From the human T2T-CHM13v2.0 reference genome, Homo sapiens, in assembly GCF_009914755.1 (NCBI RefSeq), contig NC_060929.1: DNA of 64,000 nt; one strand, given 5' to 3'. How positions within the stretch are numbered: the stretch's first letter is position 1; each line of letters begins with the position of its first letter. Made by a program: the position numbers and the translations under genes. Shown here one piece after another: positions 1-13,800 of this stretch. The notes beneath the pieces were generated by a model, which had not been told where the DNA came from, searched no databases, and saw only the letters and a list, made by a program, of their open reading frames with translations.

Positions 1-318
1 AAAGAAACCAGTACAATAGACACCAAATGGTATGATTTCATTTCTATCAAACATTCAGAATAGGCAAATATATAGAAGCAGAAAGTAGATCAGTAGTTAC
101 TAGGGGCAAGAAAGGGGAGTTACCGGGCGAGAGTAGATGAGGATTGTACTCTGTAGTGGATACAAAGTTTCTATTTAGTATTTAAAAAGTCTTCTGGATT
201 TAGTAATGATGGTTGCATAACCTTGTAAATATACCTAAAATTACTGAATCGTCTAATTTTAAGGGTGAATTTTATGACCTGTGAATTAAATATCAATAAG
301 CATGTTATTTTAAAAAAA
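1..318 (+). mobile_element. Old L1 (L1M/L1MB-like) 3' end fragment
   Basis: Resembles the L1M 3' UTR (tatgatttcattt...ataggcaaat...agaaagtagatcagtagtt...gatggttgcataacc...tatcaataa) followed by an A-rich tail. Confidence 0.6.
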
Positions 319-429
319 ACACACAGAGATACAATGTTAAAATAAAATTGAAAATAATAATGACAAAATTGTAAAATCTGCCAACATCCACCACATTTTT
401 GATGAATCTATTTGATATGGGTAACTTTC

Positions 430-544
430 ATTTAAATAATTTAAATAATTTAAATGATTTAAATAATTTAAATAATTTAAATGATTTAAATAATTTAAAT
501 GATTTAAATGATTTAAATAATTTAAATAATTTACCATTTAAATA
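430..544. repeat. 9-bp tandem repeat (ATTTAAATR) x ~12
   Basis: 11 consecutive ATTTAAATA/ATTTAAATG units at 430-528, a 7-nt interruption, then one more unit at 536-544. Confidence 0.95.
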
Positions 545-2447
545 ATTGCTTTTCTTTACAGCTAATTGGTTTAAGTATTTCTGTTAAACAAATGAGTTTC
601 ATATTTTGGACACATTTACTACTGTCTGTGAAGAAGAGTGAAGGTGAGAAAGGTGTAAAATGTCTATATTGTTCCATTTCCTGACCTGATAAAACTATCC
701 AAATTTGGAATTTTGAGGTACAGCATGAGGTGTTAGGAAGCTGTTTGTAAGTTATTTATACTAAGAAAAGGGAAATTTTTCTTAGTACAAAAATTAACGT
801 TGCAAAATTTTCCAATTTTTTTTTTACGTTCTTCTCCTTTTATCATGTGGTTGTTTATGGTGTTAGATTCTGTATTACCCAACAGGCAATCTAACCATGT
901 GCATAATTTCCATCAAAATAAAAACACCAGGGTAGTAAAAATAATGGAATGAATTTGTTATATAATATTTTTTAAAACTCCATGAGCTACCTTGAATTAG
1001 AAACCAATAACATTTATTGGCTTTCCTTACTCATATTTTGTCATTTGGGTTATACAGTTTGAAATCCCTATGCAGAAACATGATATTAGTTCAATAATGC
1101 TTTTAAAATGTTCCTGAACACTTTGTAATAGAAAGGAAGTGAATAATTGGCAAATAATTGTGATATTGAAATTTATACATTCTGTCCTTGAATATCTTTT
1201 TTTTTTAAGCATCTAGTCTTGGAGGATATCGTGTATTCAACAAAATCTCCTGAGTCTTTACTAACCAAGTACTTTCTGTGGAATCTTGTAGCAGGGAGAA
1301 TGGTCCTTATTAATTGACTCAGGTGAAGATTTATAACAGGCATCAGAGAGCATGGAGGAGCAAGGTGATAAGGAATAAGCCAAAGGAGTGATAATTATAT
1401 ACATAGGCCTGATAATTTTGGGCAATATGGATTTAAGTGTGTTTATAATATTGATGGTTTGAGATTTTTTTTTTCCAACAGTAAATAGCAATCTGAGAAG
1501 GTGGTGCTCTGAATTGAGTTGTTTGCTTGGCAGATATGGTAGCGATACAAATGTGGCAGCAAATGAGGGCTACTGGGTAAGAAAAAAAGTTGAGACAATC
1601 AAGCCTGTGATTCCATTAAAGTAGGGAAGAGCTACTAAGAAGAGGCTTATAGAATGAGGGAATTAGAAATATCAAAAGATTATACACCTGTATAACAACA
1701 AAGAGTAGAAACAATGAGAATGAGGTGATCAGAAATGGGTTGACAAGGCTTCATGCTCAGACAGTAAATATTGTTCTGTATGACTTTTTAGGTGGGGCTT
1801 TTCTAGGTCCTGAAGATTTTAGGATATGTGTCTGGAAATAGGTGGATAAAGTACAATCAAAGAAAACATTGTTGAAGTAAAATAAATCCAGAATGAGACA
1901 GTTACATGGACAGTTAAATATCTCATAATTATGATTGAAGTTTTAGTGGAGATAAAAGCTGAGCAACATACTTCTAAATGAGTAAGGCTAAGTGACTCAA
2001 AGGAGAATAGGTGACTTTAGATTCCCTGTCATTTCTTTACGAAAATATTTGAACTAATCCACAAGACTCCCTCTCTATGGCAGTCACTCATGTGATTTGT
2101 CTAATATACTGACTCTTTGCCCAACAAATACATAATAGAATTGTACCTCATAGCCCTCTTGAAAACCAAGATGGTAGATTTTAGATGCACTCAAACCTTT
2201 ATTAGTTCTATTAATTCAATTTAAGTAATGGTAATAACAGTTAATATTTATTATTTCTTTTGGTTCTGCCCTGTGCCGAGCAATTGAAATATATTATCTC
2301 ATTTAAACTTTACCACCACCCTAGGAAGTTGAAGCTGCTATTACCTCTGGGAAACAGATGAAGTGAAGGCACAGAATGTTTGTAACTTGAAAGTAATGTA
2401 ACTATTTTCAACCAAGGCATTCTGACAATGAAAGAATAAAAATGGGT

Positions 2448-2954
2448 TGTAAAGTTAATTTTATGTGTCAATTTGATTGGGCCATAGGGTGCCCAGATAT
2501 TTGGCTAAATATTTTTTTCTAGGTATATCTGTGAGGTGTTTCTGGATGAGATTAGCATTTGAATTGATTTATTTTGGCCAAATAAAGTAGACTGCCCTCC
2601 CCAATGTGAGACATCATCCAATCCAGGGGCTAACTAGGCCAAAAAGGTGTCGTAAAGCCCAATTTCCTTTCTCTCTCTCTCTCTCTCTGCCTGACTGCCT
2701 TTCAGCTCAGCTGTGATGTTTATCTTCTCCTGCACTTGGACTGGAATTCACACCTTTAGCTTTCCTGGTTCTATCGTCTTTGGACTTGGATTGGAATTAC
2801 ACCACCAGTTCTCTAGGGTCTCCAGCTTGCCAACTACAGACTGTAGGATTTCTCAGCCACAACCTTTTGTGACTATGCTTTATGAGAAAACTTTCTATAC
2901 ACCTATCTATCTATCTTATTGTTTTGGTTTTTCTGAAGAACACTGATTAATACA
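2448..2954 (+). mobile_element. MLT2-family (ERVL) solo LTR
   Basis: Begins tgt..gttaattttatgtgtcaatttgattgggccatagggtgcccagatatttgg and ends ...gattaataca, typical MLT2 termini; internal (CT)n. Confidence 0.75.
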
Positions 2955-4079
2955 AGGTAACTAATTAATTACATACAACTTTCCACTACAGAAAAATTAG
3001 AAGTAAAAGTACTGCTGAAATACCTAGTTTTGTGTTAGTATCCATATCCACTTGTATTCTAATCACTCACATGTTGACACTTGCTAGTGGGTATGAATTA
3101 CATTATTTGTTGCCATGTAAACATTTTCATAGCCCATTAAATATATTTTTAATTAAATACATTAAGCACTACACATTATGCTATTTCACAGATATAAGCA
3201 GTACATAAAAGTAAAATTTAAAGAAACTATATCAAACCATGAGGCAAAATGAGTGCCTTTTAAAAATTATTTCCTAATCGTGTGCATCAAGAGTAGGAAT
3301 ACAACAGAAATCATAAAAGTTATCTTAATGTTTATTTTATATTTATTAAAACAACATGCTGAGTATGTGATTATGCCATTTCTGATCCAAGTCACCTAAA
3401 ACAGAAATGAACTGCCTGTTACCGGGTTTCACCTCTTGTGTAATTTTTTTTATTACCACTCGTAAACAATAAGATATTGTGCACTAATGGGAGACCATAT
3501 TTTATCTGTCACAAATCTTCAGATACTTGTGTTCTTAGGACCTTCAAATGTAACTGATCGATGTGATTGATATGATGTGACAAATTACAAGTAATTTTTA
3601 ATGGGTTGGTTTGGTCACTTTGGGAACTGCATTTTATTTTGCCATTTTCATTTTTTTTCTTGACAATGTTCTTTGACATTAAGGTTCTGATATCTACCCA
3701 CACACTGCGGGTTGGAGGTATGTAATTATATTTTTTCTTAATGAGTTTTTTTGCATAAAAAGCTAATCTGGAGCCCCATAAATCTCTCAGATGTGCAAAT
3801 ACATGAAGAGTACTCCAGGAGAGATGTGTAAGTGAATAACAAACTTGAATTGCTCATCACATCATGGCTCTCATTTAGGCACATAGATATCCTTGAGTAT
3901 GCTTTTTTGGAATATTACACAAGCGTGGTGCAACAGCAAAGGCTACAGAAAGGAATGCAACAAAATCTTTCATTCAACTTTCATGTTTCAATCTACTTAT
4001 TCTCATAAGAAATGTTAGCACCTGATATATTTCTTACCCTTTGTAAAATGACAGTCATTTGAAATATTATCTTTCAAAT

Positions 4080-4225
4080 AGCTAGTGCATGTGGGGCTTA
4101 ATACCTAGGTGATGGGTTGATAGGTGCAGCAAACCACCATGGCACACATTTACTTCTGTAACAAATCTCCACATTCTGCACATGTATCCCGAAACTTAAA
4201 GTAAAATAAAAATAATTTTTAAATA
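4080..4225 (+). mobile_element. L1PA (older) 3' terminal fragment
   Basis: gcttaatacctaggtgatgggttgataggtgcagcaaaccaccatggcacac...aacttaaagtaaaataaaa. Confidence 0.8.
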
Positions 4226-4234
4226 AAGTTTATT

Positions 4235-4298
4235 ATATCTATATATCTATCTATATCTCTATCTATGTATCTATCTACCTATCTATCATCTATCTATC
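4235..4298. repeat. Imperfect (TCTA)n microsatellite
   Basis: Run of tcta/tata units. Confidence 0.85.
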
Positions 4299-4795
4299 TT
4301 ACCAGTAACTTAAAGAGAGGATAGAATATATTCTACAAGTAGAATCAAAACACTAGTAAATCCCTGCCTCAAGTCTTCTTGGAGTGAGGTCATATGCAAA
4401 TAAGCGAAATCAACATAATTTAATTTTGTGTATGCCTCTAATTTTTTTCCATCAGCTCTCAATTATCATGTAAAAGCTCTTGCCCCTCTGAGTTCATGCT
4501 CAGCTCTATTCCACTCTCTCCATCCCCAAGTCCCTTTCCGTTACCTCCTGATGTGTAGACATTCCCTTTATGGATAAAGACTCTGGTACCTCATTTGGGG
4601 TCTTCATCATAGAAAAAAAAATAAAATGTTGTCTTTTCATAGAATATATGCACACACATACACAAACATGCATGTATGTATACATATATGTGTATATATA
4701 TAATTGAGAAGAATTGAAACAGTAAACTGAAATTTATTCAGTCACATACTCCCTTTCTGTGACAGTCAGAAATATTTATTAAATAGTTACTGTGC

Positions 4796-5241
4796 TAGCA
4801 AAGACTTGGAACCAACCCAAATGTCCAACAATGATAGACTGGATTAAGAAAATGTGGCACATATACACCATGGAATACTATGCAGCCATAAAAAATGATG
4901 AGTTCATGTCCTTTGTAGGGACATGGATGAAATTGGAAATCATCATTCTCAGTAAACTATCTCAAGGACAAAAAACCAAACACCGCATATTCTCACTCAT
5001 AGGTGGGAATTGAACAATGAGAACACATGGACACAGGAAGGGGAACATCACACACCGGGGACTGTTGTGGGGTGGGGGGAGGGGGGAGGGATAGCATTAG
5101 GAGATATACCTAATGCTAAATGACGAGTTAATGGGTGCAGCACACCAGCATGGCACATGTATACATATGTAACTAACCTGCACATTGTGCACATGTACCC
5201 TAAAACTTAAAGTATAATAATAATAAAATAAAAAAATATAT
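4796..5241 (+). mobile_element. 5'-truncated young L1 (L1PA3-like), ~445 bp, with TSD
   Basis: ORF2 C-terminus (AKTWNQPKCPTMIDWIKK...) plus 3' UTR 'gctaaatgacgagttaatgggtgcagcacaccagc'; TSD atagtta(c/t)tgtgc at 4783-4795 and 5242-5254. Confidence 0.9.
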
Positions 5242-7775
5242 ATAGTTATTGTGCATCAAACATTGTGCTAAGTGCTATGGAAGTAACTCATCAACTAACA
5301 TTCTAATTGGAAGGGAGCCCGAAACAAAGAATTACACACAGAAAAGATTTTACTATGATTAAAAGTGCACAGTAGAAGTATTATGTGCTTTGAGAATACA
5401 TAATTGAAGAATCAAAACTTGTTATTTTTGGAAGTTGGGAATAGGTAGATTTAGCTTTGGAATTGACATTTAAACTGCGACTTGGAGTATGAGCTGAAAG
5501 ATAATGAGGAATAGCAAGTGATATCCATCACAATAGATTCATTCCTTAGATAATAAATTCATACATTTCTCAGGGATATGCCTCAGTGGGAACAATGTTA
5601 GGTAATGAATAAAAGCTTAGGCATCAAGTACGTGAATATTTAGCAAACCCTCTACCACCATTATAAGTGAGATTTTGCAACTAGAGACTGAGGTTAAAAA
5701 GTGTTTCTGAGAAGAAAAACTAGTTCATTGCTTCCATTCCTCTGTTCTAAGTATTGTTTTCTGCATAAATTATTTTCTCATTTTGACCCCCAACAGTCCT
5801 AAAGGTGGATTATGAAATAATGAATGAAGTAGTATTTGAACAAAAAGCAAATAATAAACAAGAGACCAAAACCTTACACTTTTCTTGCAGACATAGATCT
5901 CAGTTGACAAATTCTGGCACACAAGAAATGAAGCTTTCTCTCTCCTGATACTACAGCAGTAGGATCCTATGCAGTGCCAAGACATGGGTTGAGGACAGGG
6001 CATCTGTTCTTAAGCATCAGTTCACTGAGTTGACAGTGAAATATAATTGTCTCTGTCTACATGGTCTTGTGAGATGTAGCAGTTTTCTATGGCTTCTGAG
6101 CTATTCCTGTGGGACAGACATCTGCTTGTAGTCCCATTTGCTTGACCTCCCATGACACTGTTTCTCCTCTGGTACTATGTGTCCAGGTGGTGTAGCTAGG
6201 ATGCATGGCACAGTTCTTTTGTACTTTCCAGACCTACATATATTTCTATGTTTCTCTACTCCCCTAGCCTGGGGGAATCTCTTTGTAGTCTGTGTGAAGT
6301 GTTCCTCCTTTTATTTTTCTCCAAACAACCTTGTTTATGCCTATACCTTCAGGTCTTTCTGAAAACAAATCTAGAAACTAGTGTATTATCTGCTTTCTGC
6401 CTTGCCACAAACACTCCTGAGGCAAGAAAAGACAGAATTTGCCACTGCTTGAAGAGGAAAAAATATACAGTTAAGTTAAAGGGGAAAAAATAAAACATAA
6501 ATTAAGATATCAAAATATTTTTCAAAAAAATATGGAATAAGAATTGTCCAGAAGAAATAGTTAAAATGAGGCAAATAATTCATTAATAACTGGAATAAAA
6601 TAAAGCCTTCAAGTGAGATCTCAATAATCTGATTTCTCACTGCATTCTGTACCTCTGCATTGCGTTGATAATAGCCTGTTTGCATTATGTTATTTCATAC
6701 TTGTCTTATTATTCCTTGAGACAGGTATAGTTTCTTGCTTTTCTAATTGTTTTCCTTTAACAAAAAACACTTCAATATTTGGCTCATAATAACTGCCCAC
6801 TGAATATACTAAGCAAATTAATAAATATGAAGGAGGAATATTTGAATCACAGCATTTCAAATATATAGTCAAATAGAAATATTGGCATAGTGGTTAAAAG
6901 GAAGCCAATGGATGGGCAAGAGGCTTCATGATGCCCTTTTTTAAAAAATTTCTCGAGTCATGTGTAAGCTCTAGTACAAAATAGATGTAAATGCAATTTT
7001 GACATTTTTTTGGGGGGGAGGGAAAAGCATAGGGTTTACGTTTTCATGATATAATCTTTCAAAACACTCTTTAGTGATACTTTTGAAATTACATATATGT
7101 TATAACTCTCCATTTTGACATAGTGGCAGATCTTAAGAACAGGTAGCAGACCACTTAAAAAGATAGGGGATAAAAATTAATATATATTTAAAACTGTACT
7201 GAAGACCACAAACTGGCAGATTGTCAATAAAATCTGATTTGAGTCAGAAACTGTATTCTTCAGAAAGCAGATTCTGAGACAGAGGTTAGCCTGCAGGCGA
7301 TTCAGTAGTGAGTTCCTGTTGAATTACTACGTGTGGAAAGGAAGGGGGGTTGGGCTGGAAAAGTTCCAGTCTCAACAATTGCAATCTCAAAGTTGCCTCA
7401 GCCAACCCCATGGAGCTCTGAAGATGAGATGATCCTAGAAATGTGTTTCAAAGCTTGCGGAGAGGGCTGTACGTTCATATATATATGTCAGTGAATGTTT
7501 CCTGCCCAAATAAAGGTTCAACAAGTTTATTCAACTGAGGGAATTTCTAAGGGGACTCACAGCAACTAGAAAAATAAATCCTTTGGTCTCAAATGGGATT
7601 TAGTGGGAAGAGGAACACCAAAACATCCAAGACACATTTTATCTAAGGGAAAAAAAGTGAAACAAACAGGTGTGCATATAACTTAAAAAGTCAGTGAAAC
7701 AGAGTCAAGAGTCCAAAATACATTCTCCAGCAAAAATGGGAAAATAATTATATTATAGAGTGGATATTAAAAATG

Positions 7776-8172
7776 TGTCTTACTCCAGTTTCTGTTGTTA
7801 TAGCAAAAGGCCACAGACTAGGTAATTAAAAAGAAAAGAAGTTTATTTGGCTCATGATTCTGTAGGCTGCAAAGTCCAAGAACATGGTGCCAGTGTCTGG
7901 CAAAGGTCTTCATGCTATGCCATCTCTTGGTGAAAGGACAAGTGAGCATGCTAAACAGAGAGGAAATTGGACCAAGCCCATCTTTTTATCTGGAGCCCCT
8001 CCCATGATAACTAACCCACTGCCATTATAAAGGTGTTAATCTATTAATGAGAGCAGAGGTCTCATGATCTAATCATCCCTTAATGATTCCACCTCCTAAT
8101 GCAACGTATGTGTTACAATGGCAATCACATTTCCAACACATGAACTTTAGGGAGATGCTTCAAACCATAGCA
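7776..8172 (-). mobile_element. MST-family MaLR solo LTR
   Basis: tgtctta...cacagactaggtaatt...gtttatttggctcatgattctg...caaaccatagca. Confidence 0.75.
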
Positions 8173-8300
8173 AAACCAATGGGGAAAAAATAGACTATTC
8201 CCCACTTGCTATTAGAACAATCGCATTATAATTCGAAAAATAAAAGAGAGTCTTAGTACTACTCATTCATAAAAGTATGTTACAGATAACTAAGAGTTTA

Positions 8301-8631
<331 letters not shown>

Positions 8632-8744
8632 CTACCAGCTAACTAAGGATTTAAATAGAGTACTGCTAAACTATTGGAAGAAAATGTGTAAGATTTTTTT
8701 TTAATGATTGCAGTGTACAAATTTTATTTTGTTCTCATAAAAAG

Positions 8745-8900
8745 TATGTGAAGTATTATTAAGCTTGGATTATTGATGAGGACACTGAGGCTCAGGAAGT
8801 TAAGTGACTTACCTAAGGACTCACAGCTAGTAAGTGGCAGAGTCTGAAATCAGATACAAATTGGTCTGATCCCCAAATCAGAGCTCTGAACCATCACAAA
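8745..8900 (-). mobile_element. MIR fragment
   Basis: gatgaggacactgaggctcaggaagttaagtgacttacctaaggactcacagctagtaagtggcagag MIR core. Confidence 0.7.
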
Positions 8901-9154
8901 GTACAAATACAATTTTGTATTCTGAATTTTGTTTCATGTAACTCTAAGTATTTCCCATGTTGCTATGAATGCTTTGTAAAAATTTGTAATAGTTGTGTGG
9001 TATTTCACCATGTATGATCATTTATTTTTCTAGATTTGAAAACTTAGCTTTAAAATTTTATCTAATATCTTCAATCATTTTCCCAACAGTATTTTTAGTT
9101 TCTTATTTAGGATCCATTTTAGGCAGTGAAATCTCTAGGTAAAGGGTGTGAACA

Positions 9155-9880
9155 TTTTTTAACTCTTATTTTAAGTACAGGGGTACAAGTGCAGTTTTGT
9201 TACATAGGTAAACTTGTGTCATGGGGATTTGTTGTACAGATTATTTCATCACCCAGGTATTAAGCTTAGTACCCATTAGTTGTTTTTCCCCTCCCTCCTC
9301 ACACCTTCCACCTTCCAAAAGGCCCCAGTGTGTGTTGTTCCCTGCTATGTGTCCATGTGTTCTCATCATTTAGTTCCCACTTATAAGTGAGAACATGTGG
9401 TATTTGGTTGTCTGTTTCTGTGTTAGTTTGCTAACAATAATGACCTCCAGCTCCATCTATGTCCCTGTAAAGGATATAATTTCATTCTTTTTTTTGGCTG
9501 CATAGTATTCCATGGTGTATATGTGCCTGCCACATTTTCTTTATTCAGTCTATCCTTGATGGGTATATAGGTTGATTCCATGTATTTGCACTTTAGAATA
9601 GTGCTGCAATGAACATATGAGTACATGTTTATTTATAATATAATGATTTCATATTCCTTTGGGTATATACCCAGTAATGGAATTGCTGGGTTGAATGGTA
9701 TTTCTGCCTCTAGGTCTTTGAGGAATTGCCACATCATCTTCTATGATGGCTGAATTAATTTAAACTCCTACCAACAGTGTGTAAACGTTCTTTTTTCTCC
9801 ATAAACTCCCCAGCATTATTTTTGACTTTTTAATAATAGCCATTCTGACTGGCATTAGATTGTATCTCATTGTGGTTTAA
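9155..9880 (-). mobile_element. L1PA/L1PB 3' end
   Basis: Reverse-complement L1 3' UTR and degraded ORF2 tail (cccacttataagtgagaacatgtggtatttgg, ccagtaatggaattgctggg). Confidence 0.85.
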
Positions 9881-9904
9881 ATATTACCACCAAATTGTAC
9901 CTTA

Positions 9905-10850
9905 TTATAGAAAACATTGACATATTGGACTTCCTCAAAATTAAATATCCTTGTTCTGCAAAAGACGCCGTTAAATAATGAAAAGTCAAGTTACTGACTG
10001 GGAGCAAATTACCTATTTGAAAAGGTGTTTATTTAGAAAATGTTAAGAACTCTTAAAGTTTAAAAATAATAAACAATAGAATATTCTCAAAATACGCAAA
10101 AAGTTTGAACCAAGATATATACATAGCAAATAAGCAATTATGCTTATTGGTCATTAGGAAAAGGAGATTAAAACAATGCCACTGTGCACCTATTAGAATG
10201 ATAAACAATTGTGCCAAGTACTGGTATAAATTTGGAGCAACTGAAACTCTCATAAATTGCTGATAGGTGTATAAAATAATACATATACTTTGGAAGATAT
10301 TTTGGTAGTTTTTAAATCAAATTAGTCATCAATTTATAAAACAACCTAGCAATCTCACTCCTAGATATTTAATCTAAGTAACAGAAAACTTACATTTACA
10401 CAAAAATCTCCATATGAATGTTTATAGCAGCATTATTCATAATCACTAAAAATTGGAAACAACCCAGTTGTCATTTAATTGATGAATGGATAAACAAATT
10501 GTGGTATATTGTTACAATAAAATACTACTTTTCTTTAAAATTTGAACAAATTACTGACGCGGTCAACAACATGGATACATCTCTAACGAATTATGCTAAG
10601 TGAAAAAACCTAACCATTAGATTATGTGCTGTGTGTATGACATTCTGAAGAAGACAAAAGTATAGCTGTGAAAAACACCATTGGTGGATGCCAGAGATTA
10701 GGGATTTTTGGAAGGTTTGGCTACAAAACAGCAGCATAAGGGAAATTTGGGGGAGTAAATTTTGGGGTTTATAATAATTCAAAGAGCTATACACCAAAAT
10801 AAGTAAATATTAATGTATGTAAAAACCAAATTAAAAAAATTAACATTAAA
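9905..10850 (+). mobile_element. Old L1 (L1MC/ME-like) ORF2 end and 3' UTR
   Basis: ORF 10418-10603 MFIAALFIITKNWKQP is an L1 ORF2 C-terminal homologue; surrounding L1M-type UTR. Confidence 0.75.
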
Positions 10851-13800
10851 AATGGCAGTTTCACATAAAGAAAAATTTCTTCTTTAAAGACTGGAAGATA
10901 TGTAATATTTTACTCAAGTAGTTTCAAATATAAGTTGGCTGAAGGTGAACAGTAACTGTCTCCTTTCTGTAAAACATATACTCTACAGTTTAGTGCCTGA
11001 TTTTCCTAGAACCTTCTGGTTCTAAGTCTCCTTTAAGAGTTAATGTCTTCTCCATTCTGGATTCATCCATTTTGTTCTCAGTTTTAGTTTAAACACTACT
11101 CCAGATCAAGTAATCGATAGGTAATATGAATATAATTGATTCGAATAACTCAGTGGCCCAAGAAAATCATCAATTACTATCTCATTCACTACTATTTATT
11201 TGCATCCCACTCCTTCCTGCAGAATTTTGAGGAACCTCCTAAAACAAGACAAGTACTAAGTACAGAGTAGCAATAGAAAAACAGGCACAAGAATAATAGA
11301 AGACCAACACCAACAAAAGTCAGCTATACTTCAGTTTTGACTTTGAGTTCCCTGGCAGCAAGGCTGCAAGGAGAAACACCCTCAGTTATGCATTTGTAGA
11401 AAGAAGAAAGCATGTCAAATCCTCATGAAGACAAAGATTTTCCTATCACTTAATTTTATATGAAATTTCTCAGGTGGGATTTAATAAAATGAATACTAAT
11501 TGATGGAATAGCTTTAATTTGTAAAAATCATTTCCTGTAAGAAACTTTAAAAAACTGCCAGTATATAACTTAGAAATACAACACAAAAAGGGAAATTCTG
11601 GGAAGTGCCAAACTAATGTGTTTCATGAATTTCAGGCCTTTTGAAGGCCTGGATTCTTTAACTAAATATCAGGTCTCACTTGCCATCAGCTCTTGGAAAG
11701 TAACTGCATTACTCATATTCAATGGCAATGGAATTCTTCAGAATATCTTAAAAATACTAATGACTTTTAGGAAAGGACTTCTCATAATTCTCATTAGAAT
11801 GGGCCATTCACTAGTTCGCTAGGCTTCTGTACATATGTGTGCAGATTGAGCATGGCCCAAAAGCTGAGTGGGCAGTGGCAACAGAAGTGCAGGCTACACT
11901 CTACTCCCTAAGTATTCATCCCAGAGTCAAGGATACCTGCTGTAATTAATATGCCTGGAGGGAGTTCTCTGACTGTGACAAATCTTTCAGATGGCCAATT
12001 TAATAATGATTTCCAACTCTCATCTTTCTCTGCCACCTACAATTTAAAGAATGAAAAACTTAATAAGACTATCCCTTGCTATTGAAATCTGTTCATTTTC
12101 CTAGGTTTCAATAGTAACAAAAGATATTTTGTAGAATTCATCTGAACATTTATCCATATATATTAATTTTCTAATTTTCCAATTCAGAAATCAAGGGGTA
12201 GCTTACAATTTCCCTAGCCACACTGTAGCTAGAGGTGGCCATGTGACTAAGTTTTTTACTTCTGTTGAATGCCGATATGAAACTGAGGCAATCACAAGTT
12301 AAGGCAACATGAAATACAGAGATGTCAGCTCTGCTGTCTCTTAGCTGCCAAAGCCAGGAGTTGCCTCCCTCCATATTTTTTCTAGTGTAAGAAATGTAAG
12401 CCATTTTGTTTTACCGCTGGAAGTTAGATCTTTCTGTTTTAATAACTAACATGTTCCTTAATAAGCAAAAGGATGACAACAATAAACCCACAGCAAGTCC
12501 ACAGTTATATACCTCTTTTAATTTTGACAGTACCAAATACTCTACTCCTAGCACATTCTCTCCAAAGCCTGTTTGTTAAAAATCTATTTTAAATAACTCA
12601 TTTATTTCTTGGAGAGTCAGGATTTGTTAGAGAGAATCTTTACCAATTTTTTTTGGTGCAATGTTATCAATCACCAATGAGTCAGTAGCTCCAAATTGTG
12701 CATCAAACACCTCTTAGCTTCTTCTCTGAGTCCCCCGAACCCACCATTATTTATATTTTTCTTCTGTCACATTGAATCACTCATATAAAAATGGCAATTT
12801 TTTTACATTTAATCCTAATACAAAACACTGTCATTTAAAATAATAATATGAAGAACACATTAATATTCTTCACATAATAACATGAAGAACCTGCATTCCC
12901 ATGAAATCCTCTGACCTTTCCAAGGCACTTCAACATTTTATTTGTACTCTTGCTCTGAGAATGTCCCTGTGCATGACAGTAGCTTTGGAGTTTACATCTT
13001 ATCCAAGTCCAACAGAATCCATGTTTAATTGACTTCCATTCTGCTTGTGCTTCTGTAACATTTCCCCAGAGCACATCACTGGGCTTGAACCCAAAATTCT
13101 GTCCTCTCTTTTCTATACTCCAAGCATTTGATAAATAGGCAGATTCCAGGGCATGAGTAGCACTGCCAGAAGACAATGCTCAGTAGTCCCCTAGTGGCCT
13201 GAAAGAGTTCACACAGTTTACTAACGTGCTTATTCTGTTCCATGGAGGTGTGAGAGACTCATTAAGCAGCAGTTCATTAAGTAACTGCCAATTAGCTTGA
13301 TCCTTTCTGGAATGGCCAGGAAGCAAGTCCAGGATTCCACCTTTTCTAGGTTTTCTCTCTTGTGGGTCACACGACCTATCTGAGTGTCCTACTGTATTGT
13401 CACAATCTGAAATTCTGCTTTCATATTTGGAATACAGCCTTCTGAGTTAAGCTCCTTTGAGAACCCAGTGATAGAAAACATTTAAGTTGCCTTGAAGAAA
13501 AAAGATGAATTTATAATAAAGACACAACCCTTTCTTGGGGGAAACCAAAGGCAGAAATGACACCTAGATTATGAAGGAATAAAATCAGGGAGGCTGTCAG
13601 AGATCCAGACAGCTGCTCTCTCAGATTTTGGGGTTGCAGTGACTCTTGCCTATGCCTCCTTCCATGGGGCTGCTGCAGTTCGGTTTCTTTCTGTCTCTGT
13701 TGTTGCATTAACTCAGCCAAACATGCCTGCCCCCAAAACCGACAGCCTTAGGAAATGACACTGAGCAAACGCTAATTTCTCAATCCCATTTCTAAATGCT

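Noticed and set aside
337-537. Repetitive ORF (NYLNHL)n
   Set aside because: Translation artefact of the 9-bp tandem repeat
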